From contig MU061578.1 in assembly GCA_013265495.1 (NCBI GenBank), positions 2,365,308 to 2,429,307 on the forward strand: a stretch of 64,000 nucleotides of DNA, given 5' to 3'. The position numbers and the translations under genes were made by a program. This document shows positions 1 to 13,570 of this stretch, piece after piece. A model generated the notes under the pieces. That model did not search any database, was not told where the DNA came from, and saw only the letters and a program-made list of their open reading frames with translations. The stretch is from Vicugna vicugna. Its lineage: Eukaryota. Position 1 is the stretch's first letter. Each line of letters begins with the position of its first letter.

Positions 1-910
1 TCAGAAACTGCTAATGATGCAGAGATAATAAGGGGATTTGCAGAAAACACTGATATTGCATTATGATTAGTGAGCAGAGCTTCACCCCTTGAAGCCTGCG
101 GGCCTGAGCTCCCACAAGAAGAACAAATGCATATGCATTAGCAGCGCACGCTGGCAAATCCAGGCTCCCGAGGCCAGCAGGCTCAGGCCTCCTGGTCAGA
201 GGCTCAGAGCTCAGCTCTGATTTGCAAAAATGATTAATTTGTGGGTTTTGAGAATGAGAAATGTTTACTTTCTAGGTCTAGGAGAAACCAAAAGCTAGTC
301 CTAAATCAAATTCTCATTTGAAAATGAGAACGAGCAAGAGCAGCTCTGGAAGGTAGCCCCGTGTTCCCGCCTGGTCTGCTGCCCAGGGCACCGTAGGAAG
401 CTCTCCCAGGGTTTGATCTCAAGTCTACCAAGAACTTCCCTAGTTCCATGTGCCTGCACACCTACAAAAGTTGGTTGTCAGCCCCTATGAAACAGGGTGG
501 TGAGACAAGTTGGTAAATCAGCGACATCTTGCCATGCCAGTTAGTAAATAATGGTTTCCCCGACCTTGCCAAATGGCCCCTGGGATTAACCCACCTACTA
601 TTCTATGACCCAGCAACTAAAGAGTTAATGTCTGGCACCATGAAGGTCCTCAGATCCTATTCTAGAACTTTGGCCAGAATCCATTCTGATTTGTTGGTAT
701 CCACACCTGATTGGCTGTTAAATATTTTTAATATCACTCCTCCACACTCAGCCCCAGACATGTCTGGGTTGGAATATTCTTAACATGAGAAAAGGCTACA
801 TGCTAGCAATCAAACAGGATAAAAGGCTCTAGAAAATCCTAATACTACAAGTCAACAGGACCTGTGTCCTATTCTGGCTGGATCTATCCCTCAGCATTTA
901 CAAATGTGCC

Positions 911-921
911 CAAGATGGCGG
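911..921 (+). promoter_or_regulatory. YY1 consensus motif
   Basis: CAAGATGGCGG in non-repeat DNA; motif match only. Confidence 0.25.
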
Positions 922-1214
922 TCTATCTGTGCACCCAGGATGTGTAATTTGGCCAAGTTACAGTCTCTGCACTTTTGGCAAAGAAGGGGAGAAATGCAAA
1001 TTGCATGCATGTCAATGACTAAGTCACCTGCATAATGAAATGCCAGAAAGTTTGAGGCTAAATCACTTATTTACATGAAAAACAAATCTGTATGGGATAT
1101 GTATTTCTCTCCTTCACATCTCAACACATTTGTCACTCAAAGCCAGAAGGCTCTACTCAACAAAGTCCCTCCAGTCCCTGGCCCCATTTTCATTCTCTTT
1201 AGCTTTCAGCTTAC

Positions 1215-1270
1215 CTCCTTGAGGGATGGAGGCCACCAGGTGTTCAAAACAGATGCTGCTACTTTGCTGC
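1215..1270 (-). other. Weak candidate spliced exon (56 nt)
   Basis: Minus strand: ctctctctgaatgtggttccctag|GCAGCAAAG...CAAGGAG|gtaagc. Strong donor, moderate acceptor; could be a pseudo-exon. Confidence 0.25.
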
Positions 1271-1589
1271 CTAGGGAACCACATTCAGAGAGAGGGATGG
1301 GCTGAGAGAATGCAAATTCCCACCATGCCAAAACTATTTGTATGATCCTTGTACAGAATGTAAATTATTTATTCAATTTATGCGGTGAGGGTGATACAGC
1401 TGAATAGCTTGGGATTCTGTCAGATGGCTGACCACCAATATAATCAGTTCTTTTCTTTTAAATGTGATGAAACTGTGCACAGAAGTCAAAAGTGAAATAT
1501 TAAAGAAAGATGGGGAGGGAGTGTGGTGCAGTGATGGACTGTGATGGTAGCTATTTGGCATATTTTTCTTCCATTTTCCTTCTTCTAGT

Positions 1590-2077
1590 AACAGACTCTG
1601 GACCTTCCTGAGCACATGAATGATCATGTGACCCAGTCCTGGCCAATCACCATAAGTATTCTTCCCTGGACATTGTGATTGGTGGAAGGGTAAGTGTATC
1701 ATCCAAGGAGAGCCAATTAGAATCTATCCTGGGATTGACATATAAATACTGTGGGTAGAAGATTCTCTTTCCTCTGGTGTTGCTAAATATGAGATTATAA
1801 AGCCAAGGAGCTGTGGAAATGTTCCTTGCCAACTAAGCTATCTGGACAGAGTGTGCTTGCAAAATGAAACCAATCAGAAATTAGCAGAAATGAAAGGTAG
1901 ATGGAGACAGCATGGTGGCCCTGATTCCTAGATCTCCACCCCAACTCCCTGTTTCCTGTAATTCTTCCTTTACTCTCCAAATAACGTAGGGTCCTTCCCA
2001 TCTATGTGAGCCCATGAATTTCCCCTGGCTTAAATGATTTGAATTAGTTTCTGTTACTGAAAACATCCTGACTTGTA
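1590..2077 (+). mobile_element. Old MaLR LTR (MLT1J/K/L-like)
   Basis: Contains catgtgacccagtcctggccaatca and the typical 3' end cttaaatgatttgaattagtttctgttactgaaaacatcctgact. Confidence 0.7.
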
Positions 2078-2704
2078 CTCAATTACAGAAAGGATGGATA
2101 TGTATCTTTAATCACACTTAGGTATTTGATAATGAATATTTAGCATTTTGTGCAAGTTCTTTGATTTTGTTTTTCCCCCTTTGCAATTTAAAATGATTAA
2201 TTAGTTTAAATCTAGTAAGTATCCAATTAAAGCTAAATAGTCTCTATTTTTGTCTCAATTGTATTTGGGATCCCTGCTTTTTATCACTCGTATGAGCATT
2301 TTAATTTGCCTGTTTTCCACTCTTCGTAAAATATTAAGGACAAAAGTGGAGGAAAATAGTCAAATAATTGCACTAACACTGCAGTAAGGACAAAACTGCA
2401 GACTTTGCCAAAACTGAACCAGTAGCTAGCAGACAGCACCAGCTTGCAAAAACCCAAAAAATGTTAATTTGTTAACAGGTTAAGAATAAGGGTCATTTGA
2501 AAGTTGGACCTCAGAATTTGCACAACAACACATCACTTATTGAAGTTCAAGGGCAAAGGTGGAAGCAGAGGGAACACTCACCATTATATTCATGGCAGGT
2601 TTGCTAATGGTAAGGAACTGGGCATGAAATATGCAACTAGCCATGCTTTGGGTTGAGAAAAGTAACCACCAGTGAGTGGTTTCCCAGCCCTAAATTTTCC
2701 TAAA

Positions 2705-2872
2705 TATGTTGGAGAAAGTTACTTAACTTCTATGTGCTTCAATTTTCTCACCGGTGAAGGAAGGACGGTAACAGTACCTACCCCACAGGGATGAAGAGAG
2801 GGCTAAGTCAAGATCATCTCTGTCAAGTGTCAGCACATCTGCCATAGAGTAAGTGCTCACTACGTCAGTTAC
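2705..2872 (+). mobile_element. MIR SINE
   Basis: Core aagttacttaacttctatgtgcttcaattttctca followed by the 3' segment catagagtaagtgctca. Confidence 0.8.
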
Positions 2873-3104
2873 AGTGCTTACTAGAGTCACCTCTCCCACT
2901 GTCCCCTCAGAGGCTCTGAAAGCAGAAGACAAAGTAAACACAAGCTGGGGTTAGGTGGCTCCTGGGCAGAGACTGGAGGTGATTGTTATTTATGGATGAA
3001 TCACCACCGATACATGTGATGTCAAAATTCAACTCTTCCTAAAAGACACCAAAGCCTTTGTCTTGTTGAACAATAAAATAACAACAACAACAAGCCATGG
3101 TTCT

Positions 3105-3285
3105 CACTCACTGAACTGTTACTATGTTAGGCACACTTCTACTTAGTCTGATCCTCACCACAAAATGCAGGGTAGGTATAATTGTCTCCATTTCACAGAG
3201 TAGAAATATTGACCAGGAAACAGCTCAGGTACAGTGACTTGCCCAAGGGACACAATTAATGATGCAGAATATGAACCCAGCAGAA
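3105..3285 (-). mobile_element. MIR SINE
   Basis: Reverse core: atcctcac...ctccatttcacagag...gtgacttgcccaagggacaca. Confidence 0.8.
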
Positions 3286-3343
3286 ATCCATCCTGTTTTC
3301 AAACATCAGACCAACGGAGTTATTGCACAACATCTTCCCTGCT

Positions 3344-3465
3344 ATAAAATAATGTTAATTATAAGAATAATTATATTCTTTATTATTATTATTCATTTTA
3401 TAAATATTATTATTCTTTATTATTTAAATATTCTTATAATAATTAATTATTATAATAATAGCAAT
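3344..3465. repeat. AT-rich low-complexity (TTA/TAA) tract
   Basis: About 120 bp almost exclusively A/T. Confidence 0.9.
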
Positions 3466-4789
3466 GTGTACATGTGACAGGTTCCATGCTAAGTGGCTAA
3501 ACTGTATTCTGTGTCCTTTATAAAGAGACCTCTGGCATCTCCACGCCCTCCCTGGCTCCCTAACTTAAGTAGAAAACTCAGGCATTCAATTCTCCCTTGA
3601 GATCTCTGGGCAGACACTTATGGAGAGCAACTATGCAGAGCCTTAGCCCTTCTTTGCTGTGTGGGGAGGTCATTTTATCTGTCTTCCACCCCAGTATCTA
3701 TCCCAGGAAGTGATCCTGTACTGGGAGATGCCTTTGTCAAAACTCTGGCTCCTCAAGAGAAAAAGCTTGTGTGATAAATTATATATACATATGTAACAGA
3801 AGTAAAGTAAAAGCTGCAATGGGTCTATAGAAGACAGACTTTAAAATGCATGTCGGGGAATTAGGAAGAGCCTCAGAGAGCCTAACCAGTAATACAGCTC
3901 ATCAACACCGTCACAATCATCAGCATCATCACCCTCATCAGAGCAAATTCTGATGTACAGTTATTGAGCAGAAGAGTTTTGATCTCTTTTCTTCATTTTT
4001 TCATACACAGATACAGTACCTACAAGTGTCTACAGACAGCCACATTTTTGGAAACTGGTTTGGCCATTTGTCGTGGACAACCTCCAGACGCAAGTGTGAC
4101 CTTTCCAAGGGAAATAACTTCACCGCTCTACTTTCCCCCTCTTAAATGTCAGCTGTTGCCATTCTGCAGCTGTTTTGCAATAGATGGAGAAAATAACATC
4201 AGAATCCATCTAAAAACCACATTTGGTTGTTAAACATCAGCCACCAGAAAACATAAAGCTCAGGTGGCTCTTTGAAATGATTTCCTCATCCACACAGCCT
4301 TTCCTCCAACAATTAAAGCTCCAAGGTGAGAGTTAGAGGTCGGCCCCCTAGATCCTGCCTAGATTTGGATGACAAGCCCATGTCTTTCACCGGGTTGGAA
4401 AAGGCAGTAAGAAGTGAGTTGTCCTCTGGGGAATGCTGGCTGATGAGCACACGGGCACCAACAATGAGACACCCAAGTCCTGTCTATGCAAGTTTGCCCA
4501 ATAACATTCATAACATCCTGAGGGGAATCTGTGAACAGAGCCTGAAAAACATTTGCAGACACGATGATTGTTTTGGATGGTGGGGAGCAACATCTAAAGT
4601 CTCGGTGCCTGCTACTTGCTCCCTCCTCCTGCAGAAGGCACCCCTGAGTCTGAGCCTCAAATGACCTCTGAGGGATGGATGGAGATAGATAGGGAAAAAC
4701 AGAGGATCCTGAGATGCATCTGCACTGAACTCCTGCAAGGAACACCCCCAGGACAGAGAGAGATCCTATTCTCAACCAAATAAGAAGAG

Positions 4790-4955
4790 TTACTGGGCAC
4801 TGAGTACTGCTCAGAGTTAAGTGCTTCAAAAGTGTTAGCTCACTGAATCCTCCCTACAACACCATAAGATGGGCACTTTCATGCTCATTAAAATTCAGAA
4901 GATGAGAGTCAAAAGGAAGTCAGAATATGACCCTAGTTCTAATGGACTCCAAAAT
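4790..4955 (-). mobile_element. MIR fragment
   Basis: aagtgctt...ctcactgaatcctccctacaacaccataagatgg matches the reverse MIR 3' half. Confidence 0.6.
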
Positions 4956-5384
4956 CTGCCCTCACGATCCTTTTTGCTCTGTTGCCTCCAACTGAATGCG
5001 CAAGGCTAAACACTGAGCTGAGGGCCACCTGCTGAAATTGACAAGTGTGCAAATACAACCCTAAGCCAGAAGGAAGAGAGGGTAAGGAGAGAAAAACTAA
5101 TGCTCAGGGGAACCACTGTCATGCCAGGACCCAAGCAGGTGCCAAGGACAAGATCATGTACATGAACAAGCAGGCCGTGGTGGCACTGGCCCTCAACTGG
5201 ACCAGCTTCTCTGTCTTTATTCAGACATTGCTCTCTTCTCTTGTTACTGAGTTTCCCAGTGCTTAAGCAGCCCATGCATTTCTCCTTGGGCAGTGGCTCT
5301 GAGGCTGTGGTGACTGCCTGAGAATTTGTAGACAAAGTCCTAAAGATACAATGGAGGACATGGTGCGCTGCTATTAGTAAGCGC

Positions 5385-5505
5385 AGTAAGCTGGCTCACC
5401 TGGCACACCTGTACAGTGGAATCTGCTCTGTTTAGTCAGTGCATCTACTTTTTATTGATTGGCATCTGAGCCCTACAGGTTGTTAAATATTGAATATTAT
5501 GCTGG
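5385..5505 (-). mobile_element. Possible short ancient hAT-type DNA transposon remnant
   Basis: Ends in ggttgttaaatattgaatatt, resembling the terminus of small hAT fossils; family uncertain. Confidence 0.3.
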
Positions 5506-7816
5506 TACCTCCTTAAAATACTGAGGGGTGGGGATAGAGGGAGCGCCTTCCAGGATCACGTCTGGGTTGCATTCAGGTACTTGGCGGCACCCCTGTCACC
5601 ACCGAGACTTCTGGCCTTGCACTGTTGGAGAATGTAGACTACAAGAGCTTGTTCCCTTTGGAGCACCAGCTTGTCTTTTCCCTTTAGTGTTTACTGCTAC
5701 TCCAGCACATTTGTCTGCTCTATGATGGGTTCTTGGGGCCTGGATAGCATCATTAGGAAGGCATTCAATCACATTCACAGTTCACTCTGATGACAGCTGG
5801 CATAACGAGCCAACCAAACAAAGGTACAAGATTCTTTTTTGCCTGATCTGACTAAGGTTAGAACGAACTGGTCAGATGCCCTAGGACTCATTACAGCACA
5901 TGGAAAAGAGGCATTTTGACAAAGGATGAACATGGGCCCTGTGGGATCTCACTTTAGCCATGAAGCTGCTCATATTTGGCATTTCTTGGGGATGTGAAAT
6001 GCTCCAGTCAGAACTTGGCAGGTGAGAAAAGAAAGATGGCTCTGCTGGCCCTGGCTGGCTATCAGGGACCATAATAGCAAGGTTTCCTCCATCATTTATC
6101 CCAGTCATCTGAAAGTTCTTGGAGTGTCTCCACTCTCACTGGGGATGAAGACAGAGCAATAACACCAGGAGACTTCAGGCCTCAGATCTAGGATTTTTTC
6201 TAGCGTTAAACACTAGAACTTCTTCAGCCCTGATCCTAGGAACCTAAACTGTAGCAACGGTTGATTTTCCCAAGAATTCAGGAGCTCCTTTTGATCTGAT
6301 TCCCAATGGGAAATGCTCCCAGGATCCAAAGAGGGCAATAAAGGAAATAAAGGAGAGAAAGAAGAATGTAGTCTATGAGAACTGGCATTACAGATAGGAC
6401 CACTATTTGCATGGTAGAGAGAGACTTCAATTCTTGGGTTCCTTCATTCCCTTAATTCAGACACTGGACTGCATTATATTTATCAATAAACTATCTGACA
6501 TGAAGGCAGCTACCCAGTGCCAAATACTAAACTGTTCCAAGGATTGAAACACTGTACAAAGTTCATACTGATAGGGTAGCAGAAGCAGAAAGGTCACCAG
6601 GCTTACACTAATTAACTTAGTATTCAAAATGTAAGAAATTCCTCTCTGAGTTGACAGAAGAGGTGGTAAAACCTAAGGCTATGAGAATGCCTCTAAGTGT
6701 TTCTTTGGCCACTTCTCACACATTTTAATTATGTGCTTCTCTTGTAAAATATTAATTCCTTTCTTAATATCCTTGTTATTAATGAGCTTATTGCTTTACT
6801 TCTGAAAGTTTAGAATTTTTTGTATAATAAAACTGAATTATTCAGTTTTAGATATATGGCTTTGTGCTCAAAGCTACTGCATTTTCTGTTCTTTACAACT
6901 GATTATTTTCTTGGGAATACACAGACATATACACACCATGATTACTATGTTAAAAGGCATAATTTCCATCTTTGGGGTACACAATTTGGTTTATATTTCA
7001 CAATCCTACCTGATAAATTGTTATTCATTAGCTCCCTGTTCTATTTATTTCTTTACTGAGTCTGACACATTAATAACAGACAATTTTGAAGGGAAAAATG
7101 GTAATTTGGTGCAACTACATGGGATATAATAAAATTATTTTCAGCTCACATTATTTAAAACTACAAAGCTATGAAACTGAGCTTTAAAAAAAAAACTAAA
7201 TTATTTCTAATGGTGGAATTTTTCAGCATCTTAATTTGAGTGAAAGAAAGGTTTAAATAGATTTAAGGGCTTAAATACTTCTGAGGAAATAAGGGACTGC
7301 AAAGTCGGGTTGTCTAATTCACCTAAAAGTAATTAACAAAAAGTGAGTTAGATCATTATTTCCTCCAAGATCATAATTTAAAAGGAAGCTGATTTATCTG
7401 AACTGATTGGGGCTTTCAATCCCCACAGAAGCATAGGTGCTTGGTTGTTACGGGTAGAACAGAAATAGGACCCAATTAAGCAAGATTCTTTCTTATGGAA
7501 AAAAATTACTCAGATAAAATGATTGCTTGTATGTGCTCAGAAGGGAGCTAAAGCAAGCAGGAGAATTGAGGTTCCCCCCCCCACCAAACTCTGGTTGAAA
7601 TCTTTGCCCAATTCACAAGCAAGATCCATCACGAGAAAATAAGGGAACTCATTTCCACCGACACATTTGAGTGTAACCAGCTGTTTAGAATTGGTGGATA
7701 TGGGAGCCACGTTAACATTTGATACCTGATTCCCATGGGAGGGGCAGGGGGCTGAGGGCAGAAAGGATGTTGGAGGAACTTAGAAGTAGGATTCCTGATC
7801 CTCTGTGGTTAGGGTC

Positions 7817-8197
7817 TATTACGAGCTGAGTGGTGTCTCTCCAAATGTTGAAGTCCTGACTTCCATTATTTCAGAATATGACTGCATTTGGAGATAAGGT
7901 CTTTGAAGGAGTGGTTAAGGTAAAATGAGGTCATTAGGGTAAGCCCTAACCCAGTGTGACTGGTGTCCTCATAAGAAGAGATTAGGACACAGACATGTAC
8001 AGAGGGAAGACAAAATGAACACTCAGGGAGAAGACAGCCATCTACAAGCCAAGGAGAGAGGCCTCAGGAAAAAATTGACCCTGCTGACAGCTTAGTCTTG
8101 GACTTCAAACCTCCAGAATTGTAGGGAAAAAAATTTTTGTTGTTTAATCCACCCAGTCTGTGGTTTGCTGCTATGTCACCCCGAGCTGACTAACACA
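7817..8197 (+). mobile_element. MLT1B-like solo LTR (ERVL-MaLR), full length, with 5-bp TSD
   Basis: Hallmarks atttggagataaggtcttt, gactggtgtcctcataagaagag, ctacaagccaaggagagaggcctcag, end gactaacaca; flanked by GGGTC at 7812-7816 and 8198-8202. Confidence 0.9.
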
Positions 8198-8419
8198 GGG
8201 TCTCAGATAAACTGGCTAGGTTACAAATTCTGCCTCTTCTCTTGTGATTACACCATAACTCCATGAAAGCAGAGTCTGTGTTTATTACCTTATCACTGTA
8301 CCAGTGGTGAATAAAGCAGATTTATTAACTGAATCATTCTTCCCCCAGAGGATAAATTGGAGGACCCGAGAAATTACAAGTAAATCCAAACTATTCCTTA
8401 TGACTTGGCTAGTTCGGAA

Positions 8420-8530
8420 GGACTTCACAGTGATTAAGCATGCCAGCCCAGGAGGGAATGCCCAAGTTCAAATCCCAACCAGAACAGTGAGGAGCTGTGT
8501 GACCCGTGGCCAGTTCCTTGACCTCTCTGA
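8420..8530 (+). mobile_element. MIR 5'/core fragment
   Basis: gttcaaatccca...agctgtgtgacc...gttccttgacctctctg. Confidence 0.7.
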
Positions 8531-8596
8531 CAACTGTAGTGAGGATCCAAATAGAGTGGCCCCTTTTCCAGAGAGACCACTCAGCAAATTCACTGC

Positions 8597-8705
8597 TTCA
8601 TTCATCCCACAAACATGTCCGAGCCCACACTGTGTCTAGGAATTGCTCTAGAGATGGGGATACTGACAAAACATCCTGCCCTGTGGGGCTGATCTTCTGG
8701 TGAAG
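8597..8705 (-). mobile_element. L2 3' end fragment
   Basis: ttcattcat...cactgtgtctagg...ctagagatggggatac...cctgccctgtggggctgatcttctgg. Confidence 0.65.
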
Positions 8706-9528
8706 GTTAGCTAACAATTATAGTAAGGTCCCTTTAGTAAGAAAGGGAAGGATTGCTTAAATGCAAATTTCTAATGCTTTGTCCATTTCAGTGCACTATA
8801 TGCAGTGACCCTGAATCCCATTTTAAATATAATGTGGAGTATCCCATGATGGGTGACATTAATATTCTCTCCTGCCAGGCTCTCTGGCACCACAGTCACC
8901 CTCAATCACAGTTCTCCAAATAGGGGCAGAGCCCTTGCAGATGTCTGTGCATTTTGCCGTTTGGCTCCAGATAAACCTATCTGTCGGTCTCAAAAGACCT
9001 GTCTTCTCTCCCAGAGCCATTCAGCAAGCAACTCCCTCCATCTCCCTGTCCCATGATAAGAGCTCTGTGGTGCCACCCAGCACTCCACATCTGACATCCC
9101 TGAATCGTCCCCGAGGCAAACCCCAGGGCCCTGTCACCCCTCATTGGAGACTGTGTCCAAGCCAGCCAGCCTGATGCATATGCAAGACAGGGCAGAGGCG
9201 GCCTTTCAGGAAGTGGCTGGCAGCCTGACTCCATTACCAGGCAGTCACCACCACTGTCCCCATGCTTCCTAGGTCGGGGGTGATGGATAGGAGCCTGTGC
9301 TTAAGAAATCCTGGGAGTTCAGAGATCCCACATCCTCATTTTTAGGGACTCTTTGGCACCTTCAAATGTTAAAAAGGACCTAAGAATTTTCCCTTATGCT
9401 TCTTCTGCAAATCATTAAACTCCCCAAGACTTTGTTTGCCCTTCTATAAAATGGAGTGAAAAGTGTCTGCTCTGCTCTTTTCATGGGCTTCTGCAAGGAT
9501 GAAATAAAACAGCTGCAAAAGCCTTTGT

Positions 9529-9700
9529 GTGGGGTTTCTTCTTGGGGTGATGAAAATGTTCTCGAGTTGGTTGTGGTGACAGTTAGACGACTCTGTAAAT
9601 ATACTAAAAACCATTCAATTGTACCGTCTAAATGGGTAAATTTTATAGTATGTGAATTATACCACAATAAAGCTGTTTTTTTAAAAAAAAAAAAAAAAAA
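9529..9700 (+). mobile_element. 5'-truncated L1M (L1MB/MC-type) 3' end with poly(A), inserted in a MIR3-like element
   Basis: ggggtgatgaaaatgttct...tgtgaattataccacaataaagctg then an A-run; MIR3-like sequence flanks both sides (about 9405-9528 and 9701-9716). Confidence 0.85.
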
Positions 9701-10004
9701 AGCTTTTATAAACTGTGGAGGAGAGTTGCCTCCCTAGAACTTCACGGCAGCTCTTGACCAAATTCAGTGGGGATTGAGGGAGAGGGAGAGGTGGGGGGTC
9801 TAGAGAGAGATACTACAAGTGTCTGGGGGAGGGGGCGCTCACTGAGAGGGAGACAGGAAGGAGCAGGTGAGAATAATTTCTCAGAGGACTTAAGAAAGTG
9901 GGCAGCGCCGTGTGTTCCCCCGTGGCCACCTGCGCTGCGTCCCCCCGGGAGGGAGTGAGGACGCAGAACCCGTTCCCTGGCCTTCTGACCACGCAGTTCC
10001 TCTG

Positions 10005-10275
10005 CCCCACTTCTCTCAGGTCTCCACTCAAATGCTGCTGCAGCAGCACGGCCTCCCCAGCCACCCCTTGTCATTGTCTATATTCCAGATTTGACCCAAT
10101 CGCTTACCCTGTATGGGTGTGTGTGTGGGACGAGTCTTAGTGTTCTCCACTAGGATGCAAGCCCTGTGAGGGCAGGGACTTTGCTTTGTTCACTGGGTAT
10201 ACCCAGCCCCCAGAATAGTTTCCGGCCTATAGTAAGTACCCAGTAGATATTTGCTGAATTGATGACTGAATAAAT
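10005..10275 (+). mobile_element. L2 3' region
   Basis: ccactaggatgcaagccctgtgagggcagggactttgctttgttcactg...atatttgctgaattgatgactgaataaat. Confidence 0.8.
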
Positions 10276-10349
10276 TCCTGGGCCCATCCTATAATCACTG
10301 GTGGAAGGGCCTGGAAAGTTGCATTTTAAGCAACTGCTTAGGTGATTCT
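10276..10349. mobile_element. MER5A-like fragment (hAT-Charlie)
   Basis: gggcctggaaagttgcattttaagcaactgcttaggtgattct. Confidence 0.6.
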
Positions 10350-10680
10350 AACTCCCAGTAGCTCAGAATGTGACTGTTATTCGGAGAGTTTTTAAAAGAG
10401 GTAATTAAGTTAAAATGAGTCTTTAAGGTGGGCCCTGATCCAGTGTGACTGATGTCCTTATAAGAAGAGATTAGGACACAGACACGCACAGAGGGGTGAC
10501 ATAGGAAGACACAGAGCAATGTCCTTCTACAAGCCAAGGAGAGAGGCCTCAGCGGAAACCAGCCACGCCAACGCTTTCATCTCAGACTACAGCCCTCTAG
10601 AATTAGAAGAAAATGTGTTTCCATTGTTTGAGGCACTTGGTCTTTGGGACTTGATATGATGACCTGAAAAAACTGATACA
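10350..10680 (+). mobile_element. MLT1B-like LTR, 5'-truncated
   Basis: Same hallmarks as the copy at 7817 (gtgactgatgtccttataagaagagattaggacacagacac; ctacaagccaaggagagaggcctcag); ends aactgataca. Confidence 0.85.
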
Positions 10681-12409
10681 GCACTTGGAAGGGAAAGTCC
10701 TCAGTAGACGTGAGCGATTGCCACCCCGCAGAGAAGCAATGCAGTGAAGTTGAGAAATCAGACCGATCAGAGTTCAGACTGGGTGTGTCTGGGGTGCAAT
10801 TTCCTCATCCACAAAAATGCTCCTAATGCAAGGATAATGTGAGCATCACAGAAAAATGAACACAGAGTACCCAGCCCAGGGCCCAGGCTACAGTAACTGC
10901 TCAGAAAATGCAGCTGCACTGCAGGATGGCGGGAGCAGAGAGGCCAACCCAAGCCATTGTCAGACCCCCTGGCAGGATAAAATCCGTGATCTTCCCAGTC
11001 TGCAATGTCCAGAGAGATGGAGCTGGGGCATCATTTTCCAGCTTGAGCCACTGCTACTTCTTCCTGGACCAGGAGAGCAGACCAGGCCGATGAGAGAGTG
11101 GGCACCACCCCAGGGGACACTGTGAGTTCAGATCTTGGGGGAGTTTTAGAATTTGTTTAATGTCCCCCAGGAATCTACCATACTGCATGGAAGTTTAATT
11201 AAAAATAATTTCCTTAAAAATAATGGGTATGACAGAGGAGATATGTCCTTCCCTAAGGTTCCTGGGGCAACTGGAGAAGGGGTGACTCCCATGTCCCCAG
11301 GTGACTTGCCCAGGAGTGACTGTCTTCGTGGAGACTCCATTTAGGAGTGAACACATATAACTGGGTGACTCCAGCACAGAGAGGGGAAGGGGCTTTCTCG
11401 TGTCTTGCCATGGGACATGCAGCAGCTCCCAGCATGGACTCTTCTTGAAGAGTTTCTGACGGCAGCAGGACAGAGAGGGACACCCTCCCCTCCGTCAGCT
11501 GCTAATGGTCTGTAAAGGAAAGCAACTCTCCCTGCTGGAGGGTCATTCACAGCTGATGGAAAAGCTCTGTCCGGAGGCAGTCTGGCAAGATTTTCAATCC
11601 AATTTCTCTCAAGTGAAAGGCTAACAGGATAAGATCTCTTCATGTTAACAACCTGGATTGTGAGTGAAGTCTCCGGGTTGGGGCGACAGATGAGGTCATG
11701 AAATCAAGAGCTCACCTCGCCAAGCAATCTAGTCTGAGCCCCAGGTCCCCAAGCCTCCCTCCAGAGCCTGCTAATCTCATGCTGAACATGTCCCTTCATG
11801 GGCACTTCCTGTCCAGGGACTCAGGCCATCCATCCCAGGCTGGCAGTCCGCCCTGGTGTCTGCAGCAGGAGCCTTGAAGGCCTCTCACTGGACAACCTAC
11901 ATATTTCTCAGTGGGGAGAGAATGGGGCCAACACCATTTGCCAAGAATAAACACAGCCTCAGCGCTAATAGCCTCATAGGTGACCCCTTGGGACAACTGG
12001 TAAACCAGTCGATATCTTCTGGAGGCTCCCACACTGCTGCAAATCAGGAAAGAGCTACATAGTGACTGTAGTTACATTAGACATTGTGCCCTGTTCAGGA
12101 CGTCTAAAGAGCTCCCTGAAACCACGTGGAGCAAATATCTGGGAGGAATTAGAGTCCATTCGCACCGGATTCTTAGGGTCCCATGATCCCACCTGGCAGC
12201 AGCAGGAGACTGGGTGACGGATCCAACACACGCAAGTGCCAGGGCTCAGCAAAGTCTACGTTAAAGGTAAGGAGGAACAAACTTGAACTGAAACTAACCT
12301 GACTCACCCTCCCTCCTGAGGTGGCTTCAACGTGACCCACTGTGAGAAGCCCAAGGCATGGACGATAAATCTAACAAGCAAGTTCAACTTTGACAACCAT
12401 CTGCAATGC

Positions 12410-12686
12410 AGACAGCGCTCATAGACAATGTAGAGTGAAAGAAGCCAGGATTCCATCTATGTGAAGTTCAAAAGCAGGAAAAGTGATCGAAAGAGGGAGC
12501 AAGCAGAGTAGTGGGGGCCCTGGGTGGGGTGATCCTGCCTGGGAGGGGAACCGGGGAACCTTTCGAGTGTGCAAATGTTTTAGATCTTGATCTGGGTGGT
12601 GGTATCTGCAAGTATGAAAATTTACAGAGCTGCCACGTAAGATGTGTACTTCAAGATCTGTAAGTTATACCTTGATTTTTTTAAAG
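12410..12686 (+). mobile_element. L1ME/MD-type 3' UTR fragment
   Basis: gagtgaaagaagccag...attccat...atcttgatctgggtggtggt...taagttataccttgattttttt. Confidence 0.75.
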
Positions 12687-13419
12687 TGCCAACCATTTAG
12701 TGAGCACCTACTACATACCAGAGTTTAGACACTGGCATTTGGACATTATCCTCAGATAAGAGTGGTGTCTCCCACAGATAACCCTGGGAGATGCTGCCGC
12801 ATAGAAGTGCAGACGCTCTCACGGTCTTTCCCTCCCATTTTATAATTGGCTACATGATGTGCTCCGTAGTGATAAAAGTGACCCCAAACCTACTTTCTCC
12901 ACTCCTACCGTTAACTTGGGAATATAGAGGAAGAGAGAGCCACACCAAAACAGAACACAGGCCATCCAGGAGTAAGTCCTCAGAAAACACTTCTTTTCAC
13001 AAAATCCCCAGGAAAAAAAGAACTCTATTCGAATGGGATTGGTAAAACCCAAGGCTGCAGAAAACTTTTCATCTGCCTTTGCCATATTGTTGGTGCTCAG
13101 ATTTCTGGATTTCTGGGGACACTACTGTGTGTGAGGCGCACTTAGGGAGAGAAGCAAGAGTAACCATGGAGAGCACAGGGTCCCAGGAAGACAAAAACCA
13201 GCTTTGGGGTGTTTTGACTCAATATTAAGTGTGGCTTTGACTACTAGGAATCCCTGGATGGGGCTTAGAGGAGGCGGATGCAGTAAGCTCTCCAAAACAC
13301 TCCAAGGTGGGAGGAGTCTGCAGGCAATGCTTGACATGAACCTGAAGGTGAGTAGGAGCCCTCCAGGCAGAGGAGAGACAGAGGGAAGCCTTGTACTATA
13401 CCTCCACGGTCAAAGCCAG

Positions 13420-13570
13420 AAGCGGGTCGGTGCCCAACATGATGCTTGACACACAGTTGGCCTTAAAATGTATTTACTGAATCTGTCCACACTCTTGTGA
13501 ATGAGTGAGTGAGTGAGTGAGTGAGTGAAACCATGCACACCTGCATGAATAAATGAATGAGTGAATGAGG
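13420..13570 (+). repeat. L2 tail with (GAGT)n/(TGAA)n microsatellite
   Basis: gcttgacacacagttgg...atgagtgagtgagtgagtgagtgagtgaa...tgaataaatgaatgagtgaatg. Confidence 0.7.

Noticed and set aside
7817..10680. Two same-orientation MLT1B-like LTRs as a possible intact provirus
   Set aside because: The first LTR has its own GGGTC TSD on both sides, and the interval holds MIR, L2, L1 and MER5 rather than MaLR internal sequence; these are independent solo LTRs.
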